Virus record (IMG/VR): IMGVR_UViG_3300029267_006021
Direction: 5' to 3' (one strand)
From: a virus
DNA length: 64,000 nt
A model generated the notes under the pieces. That model worked only from the letters and a program-made list of their open reading frames with translations. It had not been told where the DNA came from and searched no databases. Positions 36,961 to 46,623 of this stretch are shown piece by piece; position 1 is the first letter of the stretch; the number at the start of each line of letters is the position of its first letter. The position numbers and the translations under genes were made by a program.

Positions 36961-37828
36961 TGACTTCTAAGATCTGTTTTGCTCTTTCTTCCCAGGTGTG
37001 ATTTCTATAGGTATGCTCGAAACCTTTTTCTGCTACACTTTTTCTCTGACTCGGATTTAATAAATAATATCTTAAAAGAGAACGCAAAGTCTCCCCTTCA
37101 TCATTTACTGGGTACAATACAATTTCTTCTCCGGGTACAAAATATGGTGTAATATTTCGAGTATTATCTATAAAAGTACAACGTCTTAAAGCTGTTTCAT
37201 TGAAACCTCTGCCAATTGTTTTATTTTCTGTCCCGTCTCTATTTATTTTAGATCTATTAATACATAAGATAATCTTACTTCTTAGATATAAATTAACTAC
37301 TTCTTTTACTGAAACCCACTCATTATTGGAAATTATTTCTATGTTTCCAAAAGATTTTAAACGGGAAGCCCATGAAGCCGGTGTAATTACCTGTACTTTA
37401 AATTCTTCAGACAAAGGTTTGAGCCATGAAAGAACTTCTGGCCTTGGATCAAATAAAGTACCACAGAAAATTATGTCGATGTCTTGATATACTTCTATAG
37501 CTTTATAAACTTCAAGATCTACGCCTAAAGGTAAATGAAATACTGGGCAGTTATAAAATTGTTCTAGAGACTTAATAGCATTTTCTTCCACAGTAAATAT
37601 AATATCTGGAGAACCTTCTGAAAGATTCTCATAAAGCCCCTCAGTATCATAATAAATTAATGTTGGTGATTTTTCTGAATAGGTAGGCAAATCTAATGTA
37701 ATACAATAATCAGGTGAATCTTGAGAATTAACTTCTAGTTTTTTAAATGCTCTATCTAGGCCATTTAAAATAGGTAAACGTCTAAGATTATTACCATAAG
37801 AAACTAAAGAAATTTTTGGAGAAGTCAT
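36953..37828 (-). CDS. Glycosyltransferase (CgeB / GT-B-like)
   Basis: HLPLGVD..Y, DIIFCG, YLRSKIILCIN...RGFNE...FVPGEEI...HTWEERA. Confidence 0.8.
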   Translation of the reverse strand: MTSPKISLVSYGNNLRRLPILNGLDRAFKKLEVNSQDSPDYCITLDLPTYSEKSPTLIYYDTEGLYENLSEGSPDIIFTVEENAIKSLEQFYNCPVFHLPLGVDLEVYKAIEVYQDIDIIFCGTLFDPRPEVLSWLKPLSEEFKVQVITPASWASRLKSFGNIEIISNNEWVSVKEVVNLYLRSKIILCINRSKINRDGTENKTIGRGFNETALRRCTFIDNTRNITPYFVPGEEIVLYPVNDEGETLRSLLRYYLLNPSQRKSVAEKGFEHTYRNHTWEERAKQILEVIN

Positions 37829-38217
37829 TTCTTTTTTTCTTTATCGATCATTTGTTCAAATGATTTTTCACTTCGACCTTCAGACTTAGCATATTTTGAA
37901 GCTTCCTTCCAGGTGTCAAAAATTTCAGGTTTGCCTTCTTTGTTTTCGACATTAGGAACTAATTTTGGTGTTGAGTGGCTTTCTCTTTGTTTTTTATCCA
38001 TTAATTTTGAACGTCGTTGGCGATAATTATTTTCTCTATTTACTTTACTCGGAGGAGGACCAGTGAGCCCATCTTTGATATTAAAATTTGTACAAAAAAT
38101 GCGTTGCATTGGTTCCCCACATTCTGGACAATCATGTTCTCGCTTTTCTTCAGACATCTTATGAAAATGTTCTTCAAGCAAATTGCATTTTCGACAAACA
38201 AATTCATAAATAGGCAT
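37825..38217 (-). CDS. FmdB-family zinc-ribbon protein
   Basis: MPIYEFVCRKC...CPECG. Confidence 0.85.
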   Translation of the reverse strand: MPIYEFVCRKCNLLEEHFHKMSEEKREHDCPECGEPMQRIFCTNFNIKDGLTGPPPSKVNRENNYRQRRSKLMDKKQRESHSTPKLVPNVENKEGKPEIFDTWKEASKYAKSEGRSEKSFEQMIDKEKKK

Positions 38218-38228
38218 TTGTTTCCTTT

Positions 38229-39368
38229 CTACTCTTCTGTTAAAACACGTTCCATCCAATCTTGAGTTAAAGCAGCCACTAAATGTTTGCACAAAAAGGC
38301 ACGATTTGTTGGACCATCTAACGGGAGTTTATGCCGAACATTAACCCTAGGAAGCGAACCATCATCTTCCCGTTCTCCATATCCGTAACCACGTGTCCAA
38401 GAGCTGCGCGAAGGACCCCAAAATTTGAAGGCCGGACAAGTACATTTCACTGCAATATGAAGATCTGAAAAATCTTTACCCAAAATATCTTCAGGCTTCT
38501 GTGATACACCTTTATACTCTGGAAGTATTTTTATTCGCACTAGATGTCCAGATGGATCACTTCCTTCATGAGGACAAATGACGCGCAGTGTCCAAACCAA
38601 TTTCTTTAAATCTGAACGTACAAACTTAACAGTACAATCTTTTGCTAGAACCTTATTCCGTCTTATTGTCTGATCTACAAGCTCTTTAGCTGTCCAAGCT
38701 ACCCTCGGGACTTTTTGATAAACTTTCTTAACGGGTGGGCCAGATGGTAGAGATTCTATAGGTCTATCTTCCCTAACCTGACGATGTTCTACCCATTTTT
38801 GATAAAGCGCTGGGGTCTCTTTTAAATCTCGATGGAACTCCAGGAGCTCAAATTGAAGATCATTACGTGATTGATCCGGAGTTAAGTCTCGATATCTATC
38901 GGTTCTCCACCACTTCTGCCAATCCCAAAAACGTAAGTAGTCTTTTGTTTTAGTTTCTGTAGGAGTTACAGGTCTAATGATCTTTCGACCAAGGTCACCA
39001 AAACCCCCTTGACCAAAATAACCTGCATCTCCTTGAGCCTTAAGATAACGAAAAATAATTCTACTTACAGCATTTTTATACTTTGGAGTGTCCATAAAAT
39101 AAAAGAAATTATTATAAAATGAAGAAGGGGGCCAACCATCATCTGGGCGCCATTTTTGTGCATTGTCCCACTCAGCCGGAAATCTAACCGGATAGCGGAC
39201 ATTATCCTGGTGTATGCGATTCCAATCAAGCCTAGTTTCTGGCCCAAAATAAATACCGTCATCTATTTTATTAACAGGACTTGTTGAACGGCTCGGAACA
39301 ATTACGAATTCTCGTAGGGCATTTAAACGTTCGCGACGTTCTAATTTATCTTCTCTAGAATTTGACAT
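38229..39368 (-). CDS. SWIM zinc-finger protein
   Basis: KCTCPAFKFWG...LCKHLVA. Start moved to MSNSRE to avoid overlap. Confidence 0.7.
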   Translation of the reverse strand: MSNSREDKLERRERLNALREFVIVPSRSTSPVNKIDDGIYFGPETRLDWNRIHQDNVRYPVRFPAEWDNAQKWRPDDGWPPSSFYNNFFYFMDTPKYKNAVSRIIFRYLKAQGDAGYFGQGGFGDLGRKIIRPVTPTETKTKDYLRFWDWQKWWRTDRYRDLTPDQSRNDLQFELLEFHRDLKETPALYQKWVEHRQVREDRPIESLPSGPPVKKVYQKVPRVAWTAKELVDQTIRRNKVLAKDCTVKFVRSDLKKLVWTLRVICPHEGSDPSGHLVRIKILPEYKGVSQKPEDILGKDFSDLHIAVKCTCPAFKFWGPSRSSWTRGYGYGEREDDGSLPRVNVRHKLPLDGPTNRAFLCKHLVAALTQDWMERVLTEE

Positions 39369-39370
39369 AA

Positions 39371-41848
39371 TCAAACCTTTCGGGGCGGTTTTAAACCCAC
39401 AATATCTTCGCAACCTTGTCTTAAAACACAAGTTGTTGTCCGGATTACATGAAATTTTTGAAGCCATTTATTTTTAAATCGTTTTAAAGATTGATAATAA
39501 CTCGTTATCCAATTTTCTGGATGAGCTCCTGATTCACGGTGCTCAACCGGCAATTGAATAGCATAATTTTTAAACCCTCTAGATAAAGATTCAAGACAAA
39601 TATCGGCACCATAGAGATGAGATTCTATAATACGTTCATCGAATTTTAAGCCTAAATCCTTACGAACAACTAAAAAACACTCGTCAACTGTCTGTGCTTC
39701 TCCCTCATTTTTACTCCAACGCCCTTCTGGAACTTTTAAACCTCCCATTATCTTACCCTCTTGCGTCCACCCAGCGACTCCTATTACCCCCCAATTAGAC
39801 GGGAGATCTTTTATTTTGGATTCAAGCTGTTTAAACCAACCTGGATAAAAATGTAAATCTTGATGACACAATATGACATATTTTGATTTAGCTTGTTGCA
39901 AGGAACGATTATAGGCCGAAGCAATTGACAATTTTTCGACTAAATTAAAAACAGGTAAAAATTCTAATTTTTGAGATAGCTCTCGATTTGGACGAACAAT
40001 ATTATCCATCCACATTTTAGGACGAGTAACACAAGTTACAATCGTAAATGTAGGCTTTGTAACTTTGGGTCCTAAATAAACTTTATGTCTAAAATCTGAT
40101 AAATAAAAATGTTGATCTGGAGAATAATTCCATTTTTTCTGCAAGTATTCAACATCCTTAGATCGTCCACCGCGTCTTATTTTCTTTGAAGTTGCGGCTT
40201 CTTCGTGTATCGCCACAGTACCAGAACTTACAACAGATTTCTTTTTAAGTCTATATGCAACACTGAGACAAAGATCTATGTCTTCATAACCATAATCATA
40301 ACCTGCCGGAAAACCACCAATTTCTTTAAAATCCTCCGAGCGCATTAATAAACAGGCCCCGGTAATAGCTTGAAATTGACGATCTACTTCAGCAAAATTG
40401 CGCAATTTTGGAGACATAAAAAAATGCGAAAGATTAACTGGAATTCTATTGTGTTGAAAAAGAACCCCAAGATGCTGCGGAGTTCCATTCGGATAATATA
40501 AACGTCCTCCCACAATTCCCACCTCTGGATCATTCCGCAGAATGTTAACCATTTCAGTAAGCCAATTCTTCTTTGGAATTACATCATTATTTAAGAATAA
40601 AACATAATCTCCAGAAGCATGCTCTCGAAAAATAGCGTTGTTTAATTCGCCAAAACTACCTAAATTATTTGCACGAGGCGTTATTGTAACTCGAGGGTCT
40701 TCAAGACGTTGTAAAACATCTACAGAATTATCAGTTGAACCATTATCACAAACATGCCAACGCCATTCTGGATAAGTCGTATTCTTACTAATTGCTTCAA
40801 AACACCTTTGTAATAGATCTGCTCGATTAAAGTTAAGAGTTATAATATCAACTAAACCAACGATTTTCTTTGAAAATACTGGTTCTAATTTAGTAGGCTT
40901 ATGAATAATCTTTTTATTAAAAACAATTGTAGGTTCTACCTCTGTAAAAATAGGCACTTGAGGTACAACTCTTTTTGCTGGAGCTGGTGGGGCAGCCCCT
41001 CTCAAACTAAAAGAAATCGAACCATCGATAACTTCTTTATTTATCTTTAAGATTCCCCCATTATGCTCTCTAAGTATACGAACACCAATAGCTTTGCCTG
41101 ATTCACCCTTATCTGAGGAAAGCGTAAGAATAAATTTTTTATTTTGGGCTTTAGTCGGAGATAATGGTAAAATTAATGGGAAGCCATTAGTCACTTGATT
41201 AGCAAATATCGTATTTTTGAAAAGAGAATGTCCTTGATCATCTGATAAATCTATAGATAAGGATCCCTCAATAGAACCATAATTATCTAGATCTAAAGAT
41301 AGACCATCAACAACCCCAAAATCCCCAATAAATTCTTGCTTAATAGCTGAACCTTTTAAAATCGGATAAGTATAAGAGGATCTGCTAGGATGTCCTATTT
41401 TTGGTATTCGACATTTACTTCTAAAAACAACAAATCCAGGTACAGGTTTATTATTTAAATAGCGTTGACCTTGAAAGAGTCTTGAACTCTTCCAAATAAC
41501 GACATTGTTGCTCTGAAAGGAAGCAGGAGCTTCAATTTCAAAAATAAAATCTCTACCTCGCGATTTCTGTAAAGGTTGAAATTCAAAAGGATGGTAAAGA
41601 TTATCTCGTATATTTGCTAAATGCTCAACCAAACGAACAATTTCATAGGCACTTCCTTGCTGCCGCAGTGTAAAAACAAGCTGTCCGACATTAGTGCGAT
41701 TATATGTTCCAAATTTAACTTCAATACAATTTAAATTATCCATCCGACAATGAAAAGTTTGTCCAATTTTGACTCCGGCTATAAGTTCTTCACATAAACT
41801 TTCAGAGCCCGAAATTTGACAATCGAGCATTGCTTTATAAGATGTCAT
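39371..41848 (-). CDS. Multidomain glycosyltransferase (two N-terminal beta domains, GT2 and a second GT2-like domain)
   Basis: CDNGSTD, FLNND, AITGACLL, EDIDLC. Second domain LCHQD...TVDEC...HLYGADICL. Confidence 0.85.
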   Translation of the reverse strand: MTSYKAMLDCQISGSESLCEELIAGVKIGQTFHCRMDNLNCIEVKFGTYNRTNVGQLVFTLRQQGSAYEIVRLVEHLANIRDNLYHPFEFQPLQKSRGRDFIFEIEAPASFQSNNVVIWKSSRLFQGQRYLNNKPVPGFVVFRSKCRIPKIGHPSRSSYTYPILKGSAIKQEFIGDFGVVDGLSLDLDNYGSIEGSLSIDLSDDQGHSLFKNTIFANQVTNGFPLILPLSPTKAQNKKFILTLSSDKGESGKAIGVRILREHNGGILKINKEVIDGSISFSLRGAAPPAPAKRVVPQVPIFTEVEPTIVFNKKIIHKPTKLEPVFSKKIVGLVDIITLNFNRADLLQRCFEAISKNTTYPEWRWHVCDNGSTDNSVDVLQRLEDPRVTITPRANNLGSFGELNNAIFREHASGDYVLFLNNDVIPKKNWLTEMVNILRNDPEVGIVGGRLYYPNGTPQHLGVLFQHNRIPVNLSHFFMSPKLRNFAEVDRQFQAITGACLLMRSEDFKEIGGFPAGYDYGYEDIDLCLSVAYRLKKKSVVSSGTVAIHEEAATSKKIRRGGRSKDVEYLQKKWNYSPDQHFYLSDFRHKVYLGPKVTKPTFTIVTCVTRPKMWMDNIVRPNRELSQKLEFLPVFNLVEKLSIASAYNRSLQQAKSKYVILCHQDLHFYPGWFKQLESKIKDLPSNWGVIGVAGWTQEGKIMGGLKVPEGRWSKNEGEAQTVDECFLVVRKDLGLKFDERIIESHLYGADICLESLSRGFKNYAIQLPVEHRESGAHPENWITSYYQSLKRFKNKWLQKFHVIRTTTCVLRQGCEDIVGLKPPRKV

Positions 41849-42065
41849 CTAGTCAATCCGTTTATACTGGCAAAAAATCACTGACCTATTTTGCTTTTTA
41901 ACTAACTCAGGAAATTCCTTCTGGGCCATCCTCCTCATTTCCTTCCTAAACAAAGAGATTTCTTCTTTCGTGAAGTTTTTTGATTAGCAAATAAATTTTA
42001 GTCTTCACAGATATTTACCAACTAATCCAATTGATTATACAAAATTAGTTAATTATGTACTGATG

Positions 42066-42809
42066 TTATTTCTTTTTATTTGGTGGGATTTTTGAAACCT
42101 CAACTTTACCCTCTTTTAAATTTTTATCAACATAAGTATCAAAATCTTGGCCTAAAATATCTTCAGGTTTTGTTTCTTTCTTTGCGGAAGGATTTTTTTC
42201 TTTTGGAGAGAGAGAGGATATGTGTTTGTCAATATGCTTTTTTAAGGTTTTATCTATAACAGCAAGACGCATAAGAGTATTAACATTTTTAATTTTTAGC
42301 ATTTCTTTTTTGCGTGTTGCCCAATGCTGATTAAGATCCCAACTTTTAATTAAATCAGCATCATCAACATTAGACATATTTTTCAGTTGTTCAAACTGAA
42401 TTGAATGATCTTCATCTTCTCGATCTTCAAAGCCAATCTTTGGTTTTTTAGAATCTTTGGTTTTCTTTTGTTTAGACTCATCAACAGCTTTTGAATCTTC
42501 TTCATAAACTATTTGTTCAAATTCTTTTTTCTTCGTTTTTGCTTCAGATTTCTTAACTCCTTCAATTGGACGAGATTCCTCTACTCCTTCATAATCAATA
42601 CGAGAATCTGCTGATTCAGAAAGATCCTCCATAGCAACAAGCCAACCTCTTTTAATCGCACCAACAAGAGGACTTGGTCGCACATTCTGTTCAACATTAC
42701 CAAATTTGACCTTACCTGCATCTTTATCGAAGAATAAAATAGAATCTTTAACTAGATCGCAGGAAAGTTCGCCAAAATGAAAACTCTGCTTTACGATGTA
42801 CTGTTTCAT
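42066..42809 (-). CDS. Charged hypothetical protein
   Basis: ATG at 42809 with AAGGA RBS. Late motif at 42854-42866. Confidence 0.7.
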   Translation of the reverse strand: MKQYIVKQSFHFGELSCDLVKDSILFFDKDAGKVKFGNVEQNVRPSPLVGAIKRGWLVAMEDLSESADSRIDYEGVEESRPIEGVKKSEAKTKKKEFEQIVYEEDSKAVDESKQKKTKDSKKPKIGFEDREDEDHSIQFEQLKNMSNVDDADLIKSWDLNQHWATRKKEMLKIKNVNTLMRLAVIDKTLKKHIDKHISSLSPKEKNPSAKKETKPEDILGQDFDTYVDKNLKEGKVEVSKIPPNKKK

Positions 42810-42853
42810 GGAAGGTCCTTTCAATCTAAATTTAAATCTAATTAACAAAACGC

Positions 42854-42905
42854 ATTAGTGAACTATAGACAAAAAAACAAAAACTTGATGAAATAGTTTA
42901 CTAAT
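42854..42905. promoter_or_regulatory. Divergent late-promoter motifs (ATAGTTCACTAAT minus, ATAGTTTACTAAT plus)
   Basis: 42854-42866 (-) and 42893-42905 (+), each facing a gene. Confidence 0.7.
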
Positions 42906-42955
42906 ATCAAGATTTGAGTGTTAACCAGGAATTGAGTATCTTTCAGGAGACAGTC

Positions 42956-43468
42956 ATGCCGTTTTACTACAACACTGGGACGGACAATTTTTCAGGTTTA
43001 ACTGTGGGGTCAGTCTTTGTTAAGGACCTTGGCGAGCGTACGCATAAGGTTCATGGCCCACAAAGAATGACGCCCAATCCAAACTTTGGGTCAAAAAGTG
43101 CTACTTTGATGGCAACCCTAACTGCCCCAGCAGGCTACACTTATTCAATTGGGGCCGACGGATTTATCCGCCTCACAAGGGATGCTGACGGCTTTCTAAT
43201 GAGTTATTACTCAATTACACCGATGGATGTAGCCAACGGGTATATTGCTTATAAAAAGCCGGTGCTGGGCTGGGATGCCACAGCAAACAGATGGGTAATG
43301 TTGTGGCAACCAACGAATATCGGACAAAATAGATACTTTCCTCACCCGCAGACTGGAAATGTTCCAGTAGTTGTTTGGGTTGACCCTACTGGAGACCAGA
43401 TCAGAAGTCATAATACAGGACAAATACATGACTTCATCGCTCGCGGCATACTCGTACTAACCGTTTAA
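42956..43468 (+). CDS. Putative virion structural protein
   Basis: AGGAG RBS, own late motif and terminator. Confidence 0.65.
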   Translation: MPFYYNTGTDNFSGLTVGSVFVKDLGERTHKVHGPQRMTPNPNFGSKSATLMATLTAPAGYTYSIGADGFIRLTRDADGFLMSYYSITPMDVANGYIAYKKPVLGWDATANRWVMLWQPTNIGQNRYFPHPQTGNVPVVVWVDPTGDQIRSHNTGQIHDFIARGILVLTV

Positions 43469-43472
43469 CAAA

Positions 43473-43507
43473 AAATAAGCCCATGATTAAATCATGGGCT
43501 TATTTTT
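43473..43507. terminator. Bidirectional intrinsic terminator
   Basis: AAAATAAGCCCATGATT-a-AATCATGGGCTTATTTT between convergent genes. Confidence 0.85.
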
Positions 43508-43512
43508 TCTAA

Positions 43513-43737
43513 TTAGCTCCAAACATCAAGCCGCTTTTTAGCCAAAGTCAGAAGATGATCAGCCTTTTTCATTCTCTCAATAGAAATTTCTCTCTGTTCT
43601 TCGTTTAAATCCTGCGCTAAATGCGATTCAAGAGATAGAAAAGAAACCGCACTAGCAATGAACAAAATAAGATCCCCTAGCCCCATAAATTCAATTTCTT
43701 CCTCAGTTGTTTCAAAAACAATTGGGCGTTCTTCCAT
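43513..43737 (-). CDS. Hypothetical protein
   Basis: AAGGA RBS before MEERPIV. Confidence 0.6.
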   Translation of the reverse strand: MEERPIVFETTEEEIEFMGLGDLILFIASAVSFLSLESHLAQDLNEEQREISIERMKKADHLLTLAKKRLDVWS

Positions 43738-43748
43738 TTGAATTCCTT

Positions 43749-44513
43749 TCAAATTTGGGACGTAGACCAAGACCATGTTTTTACATAGTCTTTCAATTGC
43801 TCAGCAGACATTCGACGAATTTTATAATACTCCTGCTCGTTTAACTTTGAAAGATTATTCTCAACGCTATTATAATGGCGAGGATGAGACAAATGATATA
43901 AATGTCCAGAAGTCCTTATAATTTTAAAACCTAATTTTTTAAAACGTATCAAACGTTCATTATCTTCATAACCCCAAGATCTAAAATTCTCATTCTCCAT
44001 CCCGCCTTGGTAAAAAGCCTTTTTGCTCCAAAAAAAGGCTCCTCCAACAGCACGTGGATTAGTACAATGACATTGACCATCCCTAATTGAATTTAAACTA
44101 AGTTCCGCTCGAATCGTAGGATGAAACTTTTCAGGAACATCTAAGCATCTGCCAGCATAAGGTAAAACACCTGAAGACTGTCCTGACACAAGAGAACCTA
44201 CTGCTTCTGTATACTGACGAAGAGGAAGTAAAATATCAGCATCATAATTAACGATAATGGGAGTCTGTGAAAGTTTTGCCAAATTATTTAAAATTCTAGT
44301 ACGATGAAACCATTTATTTTCAGAAGGGAAGTGATAAACTTTACAATTCTTACCAAAATCTTCTAAGGTAAATATTGGAGATTCTTCTCCAATTAAAATA
44401 TTAGTCTTAAAATATTTCTGAAGATAGTCTACAACAAGATCTAAACAAGATCTTCGCTTTGGCGAATCAACACGAATTGGAATAGTAAACGTTGTATTAC
44501 TTAAATCAATCAT
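43749..44513 (-). CDS. Glycosyltransferase (GT7/GT2, galactosyltransferase-like)
   Basis: YDAD, GGMENENFRSWGYEDNE, LYHLSH. Confidence 0.85.
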   Translation of the reverse strand: MIDLSNTTFTIPIRVDSPKRRSCLDLVVDYLQKYFKTNILIGEESPIFTLEDFGKNCKVYHFPSENKWFHRTRILNNLAKLSQTPIIVNYDADILLPLRQYTEAVGSLVSGQSSGVLPYAGRCLDVPEKFHPTIRAELSLNSIRDGQCHCTNPRAVGGAFFWSKKAFYQGGMENENFRSWGYEDNERLIRFKKLGFKIIRTSGHLYHLSHPRHYNSVENNLSKLNEQEYYKIRRMSAEQLKDYVKTWSWSTSQI

Positions 44514-45511
44514 TTCGTCTCTAAAAATTTCTCAACAAAAGATAAAATAATCTTTGAAGGGGGCTCCTCAGATAGATAAAATGACTGGTCTCTAACTGGA
44601 GCCGAAGATAATAACCAAGAAGAATCTGTTATTGAAAATTGACATCTCTTAGCAAAATTAAATACAAAGGTATCTTGCCACTCCGCCAAAGAACGAAAAA
44701 CTAAAGTAGACTTTCCAAAAAAAGGAGAGATCTTCTGCAGACTACCAGAATCCGTTAAAACAAAGGAACACCTAGAAAGATAATCAATCATCTGGGTATA
44801 AGAACAAGGCTCCAATTTCTGGATATTACTCGGCAAACTCATTTTTCGAACTAAACTATCAATACGATGGTGCACGAAAAACTTTATTGGAATTAAAATA
44901 CGGCTACAAAATTGAATAATTTTTTCTAGCTGTTTAATATTACAATTCTCTTGACGATGTATTGTCATTACGCCAAACTCTTCAAAACTAATTTTTGGAT
45001 CAAGTTTATTCAAATATTCATACTCAAGGTCCCCACAAAAAATACCATTGGATACTTGTTTTAGTGCCCTCTCAGAGGAACAAAATTTTAAGGAAGAAAC
45101 GCTATCAACAAAAAGACGATTAATTTCTTCAGGCACTAAGGAATCTCCACATCTTTCCCCTGCCTCTATATGAGCAACAGGTATACCTCTTTTATAAGAA
45201 GCGAGTGCGGCACAAAAAGTAGAATTTGTATCACCAAAAGTCATAACAATATTTGGATTCATTAAAGACAAAAAAGTATTGATCTTTAAAAGACATTCAG
45301 ATATAAAATTCAATTCAGAATAATTTGTTAAATCTAACGTAAAATCGATCTCTAAACCTAAATCTTTAATAATCTGAGAAGAAACATTCGGAGAAAAATG
45401 TTGATAAGTGTCTACAATCTGATGATCGACTCTTAATCTTTTACATAGATCATAAAACGGCTTAATTTTTATATATTGGGGTCGGGTTCCTATAATACTT
45501 AAAATTTTCAT
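44510..45511 (-). CDS. UDP-N-acetylglucosamine 2-epimerase (WecB/WbpI-like)
   Basis: GTRPQYIK, GDTNST, HIEAG.R, PEEINR, TDSG. Confidence 0.9.
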   Translation of the reverse strand: MKILSIIGTRPQYIKIKPFYDLCKRLRVDHQIVDTYQHFSPNVSSQIIKDLGLEIDFTLDLTNYSELNFISECLLKINTFLSLMNPNIVMTFGDTNSTFCAALASYKRGIPVAHIEAGERCGDSLVPEEINRLFVDSVSSLKFCSSERALKQVSNGIFCGDLEYEYLNKLDPKISFEEFGVMTIHRQENCNIKQLEKIIQFCSRILIPIKFFVHHRIDSLVRKMSLPSNIQKLEPCSYTQMIDYLSRCSFVLTDSGSLQKISPFFGKSTLVFRSLAEWQDTFVFNFAKRCQFSITDSSWLLSSAPVRDQSFYLSEEPPSKIILSFVEKFLETK

Positions 45512-46623
45512 TTTTCTAAAGCTTTCTTTACAGAATCAACAACATAATTAACTTCAGTATCTGATAACTTTGGATATAAAGGAAGAGATATTGTAGATGC
45601 CCCAATTCGTTCAGTCTCCGGAAAAGCTTCTTCTTTTTGTTGGAATAAATCTCTAAATTTACGCAACAAATGTAAAGGCTCATAATTAATAGTAAAGCCT
45701 ATACCAAAAGATCTAAGATTTTCCATTATCTTCTCTCGCTTATTTGGGTCAACCCAAATTGTTGAAAGATGATAACCGCTCTGAGAATTTGGATAAATTT
45801 TTGGCATTATTGTTGAAAAATGTTTATGATATTCAATATCAATTTCTTTTCGTCTTCTCCAATGTTTTTCAATTTTAGACATCTGAGGCAAAAGTAAAGC
45901 GGCTTGTATATTTGACATGTTATATTTCCACCCTAATTCAACTAAATCCCAATGACTAATTTTATGAGCATATCTTAAAGAAACTTCCTTATCAATCCCA
46001 TGCGTGTGTAAAAGTCGGACTTTATCTATTATATCTGAACGATTAGATATAAGAGATCCTCCCTCACCACAAGTTAAACTCTTCGTTGCATAAAAACTAA
46101 AACAAGATGCATCACTCAATTCACCTACCCTGATCCCATCACGTGAGGCTTCTAAAGCATGAGCTGCATCTTCTATGACAATTAAATTATAATTATCAGC
46201 AATTTTTCGAATTGCTCTCATATCACACATCTGTCCATACAAATGAACAGGCAAAATAGCTTTTGTTTTAGGAGTAATCGCTGCTTCAATTAAATTTGCA
46301 TCGAGATTTCCAGTATCTCTTTCAACATCAACCCAAACAGGCTTTGCCCCAATATGTACTAAAATTAGAGAAGTAGCAACAAAGGTTAAAGGCGTTGTTA
46401 TAACCTCATCTCCTTCTTTAATACCTGCAGCTAAAAGAGCCAAATGAAGAGCCCCAGTACAATGAGATAGACCAACGCAGTAGTCTACAGATAAATAATT
46501 GGCGAACTCTTGCTCAAATTGTGTAACCAAAGAACCTGTTGTTAAAAATTCCGAATCTAAAGCAGAACAAACAGATTCTTTTTCTTCTATATCTAAATTG
46601 TGTTTAAAAAATTCTACTTTCAA
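45508..46623 (-). CDS. DegT/DnrJ/EryC1/StrS sugar aminotransferase
   Basis: PVHLYGQ, EDAAH, SFYATK...GEGG. Confidence 0.93.
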   Translation of the reverse strand: MKVEFFKHNLDIEEKESVCSALDSEFLTTGSLVTQFEQEFANYLSVDYCVGLSHCTGALHLALLAAGIKEGDEVITTPLTFVATSLILVHIGAKPVWVDVERDTGNLDANLIEAAITPKTKAILPVHLYGQMCDMRAIRKIADNYNLIVIEDAAHALEASRDGIRVGELSDASCFSFYATKSLTCGEGGSLISNRSDIIDKVRLLHTHGIDKEVSLRYAHKISHWDLVELGWKYNMSNIQAALLLPQMSKIEKHWRRRKEIDIEYHKHFSTIMPKIYPNSQSGYHLSTIWVDPNKREKIMENLRSFGIGFTINYEPLHLLRKFRDLFQQKEEAFPETERIGASTISLPLYPKLSDTEVNYVVDSVKKALEK

